The notes below the pieces were generated by a model. The model did not search any database and was not told the origin of the DNA. It saw only the letters and a list, made by a program, of their open reading frames with translations. A program made the translations under genes and the position numbers. A stretch of 64,000 bases of DNA from the IMG/VR virus record IMGVR_UViG_3300007619_000002, positions 296 to 64,295 of that record. The stretch is one strand, 5' to 3'. This DNA is from a virus (taxonomy: Duplodnaviria > Caudoviricetes). Of this stretch, positions 56,338-64,000 are shown piece by piece (the first letter of the stretch is position 1; each line of letters opens with the position of its first letter).

Positions 56338-58407
56338 CTAAAGATGGTGCTTGGCGCAAGGGGCCAGAGCTTCGGCCGCCTTGATGCGCTTCTGGCCCTT
56401 GGCCATGCTGTCGTCCTCGGCCAGATCCCGGATCTGCCGGTTTGTCATGTCGGCCAAATCGTCGATGGCGAAGGATTTTATCGACAGGGGATTGCTATCG
56501 TCCGGACGGCCCATGCCCCAATCCTGCCAGCGCTGAGCGACGTTGCCGCGCTCAATGGAGCGATAGATCTCCTCGACGCCTTGCGGTCCGCCCTCCTTGC
56601 CCTTGGCGTGCTTGATCCAGCGCTTGAACCCGGCATCCAGTCCCTCAAGGAAGTCATTGACGCGCTGCCAGAGCCGACCCTTGAAGCTCTCGCGCTCCCG
56701 GCCGCGGATTTCCGACCAGACGCCATAGTCTGTTGCGGCCCACTCCTCGACGAGCTTGTCGTTGATGAAGGCATCGAGGTCGAAATCCTCACGATTGATG
56801 TGCCTGCCACGCTCCTCGAAATAGGCTGCATATTGCGCGCGCCGCTCCGGAGGGATGCCGCCTGCTTCTTCGGCGGCCTGACGAATGAGGGTCCATTCAT
56901 AATTGGTGAACAGGCGCAGGTTGCGCAGGGCATGGAAGGTTTCGTGATTGACCACGTCTCGCGCCGTGCGCCTGCCGAGCTGGCGCGAGATCCGGATCAA
57001 GCGCTGTTTCGGCGTGTACATGCCCGCAATCGACCAGTCGCCCTTCGACATGGCGTTCATGACCTCAAAACGAATGACATCCGGCACGCGCTTCAACGCA
57101 TCACCGATGGCGCGCTGAATGGCCAGATTGGCCTGAAGATTTCGATTGAGGGTTTCCGGATCGAAGCCGCCATCAGCCTGCCCCCAGCCGCGCGGCGCGG
57201 GCGTTTCGTCGGCGACCTTTCGTGATGCCTCGGAGAGCTGTGCACTAAGGCTCTTTCGCTTTCTCGATATTTCCGGGGCCAGAGCCCTGATCTCGTTCAG
57301 GCGCTCATCCTCAGCAGGCGTTCTACGGCCCTCACGGTCCAGTAGTCTTTGTCTTTCATTGGCCAGATCCCGACTGCCTTTATCGAGCTGCTCCATTTGC
57401 CTGCTAAGCTCGGCATAACGAATCTGATTTGGTGAATTGTAGTTGCGCGGTGCGCCGTTGGCGAACTCATCAGAACTGATTTCACGATTACCTATAGCAG
57501 TTCTTATTTGTTCAGAATCAAAGACAATATATTGATTCTGAACTGATGGGCCGGGCTCATCGACAACCCCCCTCAAGATGATGCCATCGTGACCACTTGA
57601 TTTCGCTTCAGAGAAAATGTCCCCAAGTCCCTTAACTCCATCAGCAGAATTGTTTATTAATATTTTATCTTGTTTGGAAAGCGTGTTGTAAGCCTGTATA
57701 TCGGAAAGCTCTCTTCCAGAAGTATATTGCTCGGGAGTTGTTCCAATATATTCTGCATGTTCTGAAAAAACTCTCCATTTATCAGGTGTATCATATTTAT
57801 TGAGTATTTTTTGAACATTTGATTTAAATAAAAATTTACTGTACTTAGTAGATATTTCATTCGATGCTTTGTTAAAATTTGAATTTATGTCATTTGAGTA
57901 AAATTCGAGTGGTACATCAAATAGTTGCGTTCTATTATTTAATTTTATAATTAGTGGGTTTGTCATGCGAAGATATACCGGATATACTGTTGCTCCATCG
58001 CTAACATAAGATCCAATGGCATATCCACTTGCAATCTTCGGATCATCAGAAAAGAACGCTACGGGGACTTCGCCAAAATTAGAGAGCTTAAATGTATCGA
58101 ATGCTGGGGCTTGTGTTCCATGGAAGACCCGCAATGGAGCCCCCTGATCATCAGTAACCTTAGATCCAGAAAACCAATCTTGAAACTCCACGGAATCAAT
58201 GGCGAACTCATCGCCTAGATCAGGTCGTCCCGGACGCCGGGACTTGGGGATGCGCAGATATGTGCCGTCATCACGCAACGTGACCCAGCCCGCCTGTTCA
58301 GCCTCATCGAGCAGCATGTAGGCTTGCGACGGGTTGACGCCAAGCGTCTTGGCGATATTGCCGGACCCCTTGATCGGCTGGGTGCCTTCGAGGAAATCGT
58401 AAAACAC
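56338..58407 (-). CDS. Polyvalent virion protein, C-terminal part: wHTH, ART-PolyVal-like ADP-ribosyltransferase, HExxH peptidase
   Basis: F..WF..SKV.D..G.PL.V.HGT, FFS, A..YA, VYPVYL...NP, G.DGI, YIVF...QI; HETFH. Confidence 0.8.
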   Translation of the reverse strand: MFYDFLEGTQPIKGSGNIAKTLGVNPSQAYMLLDEAEQAGWVTLRDDGTYLRIPKSRRPGRPDLGDEFAIDSVEFQDWFSGSKVTDDQGAPLRVFHGTQAPAFDTFKLSNFGEVPVAFFSDDPKIASGYAIGSYVSDGATVYPVYLRMTNPLIIKLNNRTQLFDVPLEFYSNDINSNFNKASNEISTKYSKFLFKSNVQKILNKYDTPDKWRVFSEHAEYIGTTPEQYTSGRELSDIQAYNTLSKQDKILINNSADGVKGLGDIFSEAKSSGHDGIILRGVVDEPGPSVQNQYIVFDSEQIRTAIGNREISSDEFANGAPRNYNSPNQIRYAELSRQMEQLDKGSRDLANERQRLLDREGRRTPAEDERLNEIRALAPEISRKRKSLSAQLSEASRKVADETPAPRGWGQADGGFDPETLNRNLQANLAIQRAIGDALKRVPDVIRFEVMNAMSKGDWSIAGMYTPKQRLIRISRQLGRRTARDVVNHETFHALRNLRLFTNYEWTLIRQAAEEAGGIPPERRAQYAAYFEERGRHINREDFDLDAFINDKLVEEWAATDYGVWSEIRGRERESFKGRLWQRVNDFLEGLDAGFKRWIKHAKGKEGGPQGVEEIYRSIERGNVAQRWQDWGMGRPDDSNPLSIKSFAIDDLADMTNRQIRDLAEDDSMAKGQKRIKAAEALAPCAKHHL

Positions 58408-58434
58408 TGTGCGAGTGGGATCGTCGACATCCGG

Positions 58435-61400
58435 CTAGCCGAGGCTTTCAGCCGGAGCGGCCGGATCGGGAAGCGCGTCGATCTCTTCATCGCTAAGCCC
58501 TTCAAAGCGCGCAACCGGCTCGCCCTCCGGCGTAACCTTCGCCTCCGGCTTGGACTTCTGCATGAAATCTTCGATCAGCCGATCGATCAGCTCCGGCTTC
58601 TTGCCAGTGGTATCGAGCCCCAGATCCTCATTCATGGCCTGAAGCTCGGCCTTCTTCGAGCGCATCAGTGTCGATTTCTTCAGGCGGCCGGGGTGCGCTT
58701 CGGGGTTGAAGTCCGGGATGGCTGGGAGAGTGTCTTTTGCAACCTCTTCTGCGACCGGGCGACCTGTGCCCGGCTCTCCATCTCGTTGGCGAGGCTCTGG
58801 TAGTGCCTGTTCCGGTGCTTCACGGCTACGGCTCGGGCCGCGTCCGCCATCGCCTGCATCAAGAGTGGGCTCGGCTGCTTCATCCGGGGCATAAAGAGGT
58901 CTCCCTTCTGCGGCCGACAAAACGTCGTCAAGGCCGGTGGTGTCTTCCAAAAACCCGCCTGAGCGTTTTTGCCGGGCGATGTCGACAAGGTTCTCCAGAA
59001 GCTCGGAGATCCTGAGCGCGGAAATGGCGCGCGACAGGTTCGGATCGTAGAAGTTCCGGATCAACCATAGCACGGTCGGGTCCGGCTGCGAAAACGCATC
59101 GAGCTGCGCCAGCGCATTCTTGATCTTGACGCCCTCATCGCGGCTCTTCTGAATGAAGTGTGCCGCCTCGATCATATAGGTGGTGAAGTCCATTTCTTCA
59201 CGCACCGTGCCATCGGCAATCTCGGCCCGGAGCTGCATCATCTTCGGAGCGACATTCCGGTAGGCCGTGGCGATCGACTTGATGTTGTTGTCGGTCGATT
59301 CCAGCATCAGCGACAACAGGCTCGGATCATCATAGGCTGCTGCCAGAACGGCCGCATTCAGCCGGTCGACGCCGGTCTTGGTGAGCACACCGTTCTTGGA
59401 CATTTCACCCATTTCCTGAGCCGTGGCGACCTTGCGCATGAACGCCTGCATGAATTTCCGGTTGTCGCTCGATGTGAACTCACCGCCCTGATAGAGCGTC
59501 ATGATGGTCATGCCCGCAGCTTCGGCGTCGCGCCGGGCGCGCTCGGTCGAGGACATGGCCGCGATGCGCGAACGATTGGCCCGGTCGGCAAAGCGGACCA
59601 GCTCGGCATCCGTCATGCTATCCGTGATCTTCATCACCAGAACAGGCGCACGGAAACCGTCAGCCGCGGCCCCGAGACGCTCCCGGTAAGCCTGCGACCT
59701 GTTGTAGAACGGCTCGTAGGAATAGGTTTTGGCGATGGATTTGACCCGCCCATTGCCGGACAGGATCATCAGCTTACCGTTCCTCTCGATGACCAGCGGA
59801 GCGCCCGCATCCGCCACACGGGTCGGCATGAGCTGCTCGGGATCAAGCGCACGGGCGCGCTCGATGATCTCGGCATCGCTTTCCTTCCGCGTGCGATCGC
59901 GCGGCTGGAACTGTCCGGAGGCGTATTCTAGGTCCCGGAGTTCGACGATGGTGGGTTCGACGTTGGCTTCGAGGGAGCCATCGGGGGTGATGACCCGTCT
60001 TGTGACTGTAGCATATCCGAGGGATTGAGCCGTTTCTGGAGCTTGCGTGTCACTTCGTCCTGCGCCTCTCTCGCGTTCGATGGCAGCGCCCGTTCCTCCA
60101 GTTGTCTGGCCATCTCGGCGAGGAGCAGGCGCAAAGAGGCCCTCTTCAAGAGGACGCCCCTCGCGTTGGAGCTTGCTTGGTGCTGTTTTGCCTCCCCGAG
60201 CAGCTCCATCCCCCTCTCGTAGTGCTCTAACGCGCTGCGCCTCATTGAACTCAAGCTCCTCGGTGGTGTCGACAGCGTCTTCAGTATGCCGGGATGCGCC
60301 CAGCTCGGTCTGCTCGGACCTTACGACTTGGGATTCGAAGTCGGCAAGCTCGCGCTTTGCGAGGATGTCGTCAAGCATCCCTTGAGCCAGCTCTTCAAGG
60401 GAGGGGCCTTCGAGATCGGCATCGGCTTCGGCCTCTTGGACCGGGGCCGGTTCCTCGCCTTCGATCGGCTCGGGTTTGGGTTCGGGTTTGGGCTGCTTGG
60501 CGGCAGCTTCGGCAATGGCGGCATCGAGGTCCTTGTCTCCGCGGATCACGGCCTTGAGAAGCTCGGGGTCCTTCAAGATGGCGTTGGCTTCATGCAGGAC
60601 GTCGGAGATGTCGCCATCCTCCAGCGCTTCATCGAGGGTCGACAGCAGATCGCCCTGAAGCTGATCTGCGCCCTGACGGCTGGCCATGCGCTCCAGCATT
60701 TGCCGCTCTTCCAGCGGAATGATGCGCTCGGCGATCCCCAGATCCCGGATCGTTGCGTCCGTGTTGGCGACAACGCTCTCGACCGCGGCGATCTCCTCAT
60801 CCTTCATGATGGTTTCGAGATCCTTGTCCTTACCGTCCTGCACCGTGTCCCATGCCTGATCGGCGACCCGGCGTCCGGTGTCGGAGAACAGGCCGGGCTG
60901 ATCGGGTTTGGAAAACTCGTCCACGGCTTCCGTCGGCGTGCGGTGGGCCTGCGGCGCGCGCTCCGGGTCTGCCTGATACAGCTCGCGCAGGGCAACCCGG
61001 TGTGCCGTCTGGCCGCGCAGATCGTCCTTGCGGTAGCGATAGCCGCCTGATTCGTTGCCTGCCTTCTCGTACAGGGCGTCAATGGCCCGGTTGATCTCGT
61101 GCAGAATGGCCCCCGGCGTCGCCCCTTCCGTCACGCGCAGCACCTCCGGGCGCGGATCGTAGATAACGCGCTGATCCGGGCTGTCCAGAAGCGGCCCGGA
61201 TTCAGCGGCAAAGTCGATGGGGTGATCCTCCTTGACAGTGAGGTTTTTCAAACGCTTGTAGCGCTTATCGAAGTGGGACATCAGCGCGCGTGCAGCCAGA
61301 ATGCCGGTGCGTTCATCACCGATCAGATCGGCGGCATAGGCTTCCATGACCTCGGTGCCACGCGTGCCCGCCGTATAATCGGCCGCGCTGAAATCGGAGC

Positions 61401-62436
61401 GCAGCAGCATGGTGGAGGGAAAGCGCTGTTCGTTGAGCTGAAGCGGACGCAGCTCCGGAGCGGTCTTCAAAAGCTCATCGACACGCGGCGAAAGATCGTT
61501 CGCCATGGCGCGCGTGGAGGCGTCAAGCACGCGCGAATGCGTCTCGGCACCCATGGCCTGAACCATGGAAGCCTCTTCAGGGGCCGCGGCCGGATAGATA
61601 CGCCGGTCCATCTTCGGGATCATGCCCGCGACCTCGGCTGCCTCTTGAGGATCGACGATCCGGGACAGCCGCTCGTTCATCTTCACGTCAAGCCGCTTGC
61701 GACGCGCGTCTAGGTAAGCGCCGCCTGCAAGGTGCAGGCCGGAGCCGAGGACGCCGCCGATGGTGATGTCCATGAAGGCGGACATTTCGTCATATTGCTG
61801 CTGGAGCGCTTGGGCCTGACCGTAGATGGCGGGGGTGATGAGGGCTGTGCCAACAGCGCCTTCAACAGCGCCCTTTGCCGCGCGGGCGGGGTATTTCCCG
61901 AGCTGAGCAACCATGCGCGCATAGCGGGCCTCACGGACGATGGGAACGAACCCGACAGCCAGATTGAGCGGATCGATGGCTGATGCTGCAAGGTCAGCAA
62001 TAAAGCCAGTCGCTGACGCGCCGAAAGATGGCGACTTCGAAAGGATGGTATTTCGCTCGTTTTCAGATCGCTTGAGATCTGCGAGATAATCGAACTGGCC
62101 CTGCGTTGGCGGCTCTGAGAAACGAAGGCCAATGGGCTCTCCTCTTTCATTTGCCTCGTCAACGCTCATGCGCCGGGCGCGCGGATCGGATGGGTCGAGG
62201 CCGCCGGGAACGACCTCTTTCATGCCCAGTTCGTTGACGAAGGTCGTGGCGTGGCGCTCGTCAAGATCGGCCAGACGTGACAGGTGACGGGCCTGCTGTG
62301 TCGGGTTGAGCGAGAAGGTCTGCTCGCCGGACGTGCGGACATAATCCCCGAATGTGGGGTTCAGATCCTCGAAACTTGGCTGTCTAACGGCTGGCAGGAA
62401 CTGATCGTCCGGCTCGCCTTGGAGGATGAAGACCAT
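58435..62436 (-). CDS. Polyvalent internal virion protein: ddrB-like ParB domain plus SAP motif
   Basis: QPRDR.R..S, L.P..L......GAP.V...SGNGR; KKAELQ.....LGL.T.GKK.ELI.RL. Confidence 0.8.
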   Translation of the reverse strand: MVFILQGEPDDQFLPAVRQPSFEDLNPTFGDYVRTSGEQTFSLNPTQQARHLSRLADLDERHATTFVNELGMKEVVPGGLDPSDPRARRMSVDEANERGEPIGLRFSEPPTQGQFDYLADLKRSENERNTILSKSPSFGASATGFIADLAASAIDPLNLAVGFVPIVREARYARMVAQLGKYPARAAKGAVEGAVGTALITPAIYGQAQALQQQYDEMSAFMDITIGGVLGSGLHLAGGAYLDARRKRLDVKMNERLSRIVDPQEAAEVAGMIPKMDRRIYPAAAPEEASMVQAMGAETHSRVLDASTRAMANDLSPRVDELLKTAPELRPLQLNEQRFPSTMLLRSDFSAADYTAGTRGTEVMEAYAADLIGDERTGILAARALMSHFDKRYKRLKNLTVKEDHPIDFAAESGPLLDSPDQRVIYDPRPEVLRVTEGATPGAILHEINRAIDALYEKAGNESGGYRYRKDDLRGQTAHRVALRELYQADPERAPQAHRTPTEAVDEFSKPDQPGLFSDTGRRVADQAWDTVQDGKDKDLETIMKDEEIAAVESVVANTDATIRDLGIAERIIPLEERQMLERMASRQGADQLQGDLLSTLDEALEDGDISDVLHEANAILKDPELLKAVIRGDKDLDAAIAEAAAKQPKPEPKPEPIEGEEPAPVQEAEADADLEGPSLEELAQGMLDDILAKRELADFESQVVRSEQTELGASRHTEDAVDTTEELEFNEAQRVRALREGDGAARGGKTAPSKLQREGRPLEEGLFAPAPRRDGQTTGGTGAAIERERGAGRSDTQAPETAQSLGYATVTRRVITPDGSLEANVEPTIVELRDLEYASGQFQPRDRTRKESDAEIIERARALDPEQLMPTRVADAGAPLVIERNGKLMILSGNGRVKSIAKTYSYEPFYNRSQAYRERLGAAADGFRAPVLVMKITDSMTDAELVRFADRANRSRIAAMSSTERARRDAEAAGMTIMTLYQGGEFTSSDNRKFMQAFMRKVATAQEMGEMSKNGVLTKTGVDRLNAAVLAAAYDDPSLLSLMLESTDNNIKSIATAYRNVAPKMMQLRAEIADGTVREEMDFTTYMIEAAHFIQKSRDEGVKIKNALAQLDAFSQPDPTVLWLIRNFYDPNLSRAISALRISELLENLVDIARQKRSGGFLEDTTGLDDVLSAAEGRPLYAPDEAAEPTLDAGDGGRGPSRSREAPEQALPEPRQRDGEPGTGRPVAEEVAKDTLPAIPDFNPEAHPGRLKKSTLMRSKKAELQAMNEDLGLDTTGKKPELIDRLIEDFMQKSKPEAKVTPEGEPVARFEGLSDEEIDALPDPAAPAESLG

Positions 62437-64000
62437 TATGGGGCTGTCCTTGGAATGCCGCGCTCGTCATATTGGAGCTTTGGATAAGACCGTCCGGCCG
62501 AGCGCCTGCCAGCAGCCTCGATCTCGTCCCAACTGAAGAAAGCCCGTCTTGGCGGACCGCCCGGCGTACCGACCATGACGAATTCCCCGCTCTCGCCGAT
62601 CACATAAACACCCGTGCCTTCGGCATTGGTGATCAGGCGACCATTTGTCTTAAGGCTGTCGATATAGCGCCGATGTTCATAACCTCGGCTAGTGGCTGGA
62701 CTATCGGGAAGAACGGTAGAAATATCGGTTGATATATCGCCAATAAGAGTCGGTAATCCATGTTCAATTCCAGACCCGAAATAACTGCTTCTCTTGTCAA
62801 TTTCTGTGCGTGGGATAATAACGCCGCTCCTGACGGCGACATTACTCTTAAACAGATCATCAGCGGCCTGCTCTACGGCATCGCTCAAACCCTTGCCGTC
62901 GCGGATCATGTAGACCATGGCCGTGCGAGAGACGGCTCTGTGATAGGTCTCACGCGCCGACGCCGCATGGACGCCGCCCTGAATGGCGGAGGTGAACTCG
63001 ATGATCTCGTCGGAGACCGCCTTGTCGATGTCCTTTTGGGTTTCCCCACTACGCTCGCGCAGAAAGGTCTTCTTGGCCGTGTCCTTGCCGGTCGTGTCGG
63101 CGGAGGCCCGCTCCATGACGAAGCTCTCGACAAGCGCATCCTGACCGCGCCGGTTCGCCGTGGTCAGCGCCTTGTACTCGGCCGGTCCGCCATGCTTGGC
63201 CACCTCGCCCCAGACCCGGTTCAGATGCCTGCCATAGGTCGAGGCGAGCTGCTCGATCAGCCCCTTTGCGGCCGTGCCTGAGCGGATCTCACCTAGCTGG
63301 TTGGCCAACTTTTGCGCCCCGGCCTCGCCAATGATGGCTATGTCGCTCAAGGGGAGGCCCTCACGGCGCTGAAGGCTGATCAGCGCGTCATAGGCGCGCT
63401 CACGGATCGGAAGCCCCTCCTCGCCCGCAGGAGCCCCGGCAATGGCTTTCATCGCCTGCCGCCCGCTCTCATTGTGCAGGGTCAGGAAGCCGAGCGGGTC
63501 CTTCTGGATCGCCGTGTTGATGCCCTTGATCGCATTGGCGGCAATCTCGAAGCGACGGCGCTCATCGTCGGCCAGATCCTCGATGCGCCCGGTCGGAACC
63601 AGCGAGGTCAGGTATTGACCGCGCTCCTCCGGCGTCATCTTGATCGCCGCTTGCGTGACGTCGTAGGTCTCCTCGGCCTCCAGAAGCGCCACGCGCCATT
63701 TGTTGGCGCGCTTGGTCCCGATAATGGAGCCGTAATCGTCGATCTCATCCGGCGTGATCACACTCTGCGAACCCTTGGCCGCGACCGCGGAGAGCGCCTT
63801 TTGCATCCGCTCTTCCAGATCGGCTTCCAGATAGGGGCGTAGCTCGCGCACCACGGCGCGGTAATCGTCCGGGGACAGGGAGAGAAGATCCTGCGGCTGA
63901 ATGGGGCCGTCCACCTTGGCGATCTTGGAGGCATCGATCCCTTGACGCTCCGCCTCGGTGCGTGAGGCGGGCGGCAACCCGGCTTCCTGTCCGACCCCCA
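62436..64000 (-). CDS. Internal virion protein, C-terminal part; open to right edge
   Basis: Frame open from 63998 to stop at 62436; probably the continuation of the gene starting at 759. Confidence 0.7.
   Translation of the reverse strand, partial: GVGQEAGLPPASRTEAERQGIDASKIAKVDGPIQPQDLLSLSPDDYRAVVRELRPYLEADLEERMQKALSAVAAKGSQSVITPDEIDDYGSIIGTKRANKWRVALLEAEETYDVTQAAIKMTPEERGQYLTSLVPTGRIEDLADDERRRFEIAANAIKGINTAIQKDPLGFLTLHNESGRQAMKAIAGAPAGEEGLPIRERAYDALISLQRREGLPLSDIAIIGEAGAQKLANQLGEIRSGTAAKGLIEQLASTYGRHLNRVWGEVAKHGGPAEYKALTTANRRGQDALVESFVMERASADTTGKDTAKKTFLRERSGETQKDIDKAVSDEIIEFTSAIQGGVHAASARETYHRAVSRTAMVYMIRDGKGLSDAVEQAADDLFKSNVAVRSGVIIPRTEIDKRSSYFGSGIEHGLPTLIGDISTDISTVLPDSPATSRGYEHRRYIDSLKTNGRLITNAEGTGVYVIGESGEFVMVGTPGGPPRRAFFSWDEIEAAGRRSAGRSYPKLQYDERGIPRTAP

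Noticed and set aside
1-64000. Genome-wide TAG reassignment (code 15)
   Set aside because: Several genes end convincingly at TAG (e.g. SSB ...DDNLPF at 45772; early genes at 28152 and 34101 followed by intergenic elements); long genes are not riddled with TAG; no CTA-anticodon tRNA seen
63990-64000. Direct circular join of position 64000 to position 1
   Set aside because: Reading frames at the two edges do not match, so some sequence is missing between them

Overview
The window is almost an entire podovirus-like (T7/BPP-1-type morphogenesis) phage genome, probably of an alphaproteobacterial (Rhizobiales-like) host. Both window edges fall inside minus-strand internal-virion-protein coding sequence, so the genome is likely circular or permuted and slightly over 64 kb. 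Layout: (i) 1-14.8 kb and 48-64 kb, minus strand: morphogenesis and lysis genes, with a four-gene glycosyltransferase/methyltransferase block directly after the capsid genes. (ii) 14.8-24.4 kb: about 25 small genes and an aberrant tRNA separating terL from terS. (iii) 24.4-35.7 kb, plus strand: early region behind a near-consensus sigma70 promoter, where almost every gene is preceded by a repeated two-hairpin + TGGAGGTAAC element; one gene is interrupted by a complete IS1595-family element. (iv) 35.8-48 kb: an Omp25/RopB-like porin plus replication and recombination genes. No DNA polymerase, RNA polymerase or integrase is recognisable. The most unusual signals are a circularly permuted tRNA-like (YrlA/Y-RNA-like) RNA at 1271-1371, the ~19-copy structured intergenic element, a tRNA with a truncated acceptor stem, in-frame amber junctions in the virion genes, and a possible Flp-pilin mimic. 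All calls come from reading motifs by eye; no searches were run.
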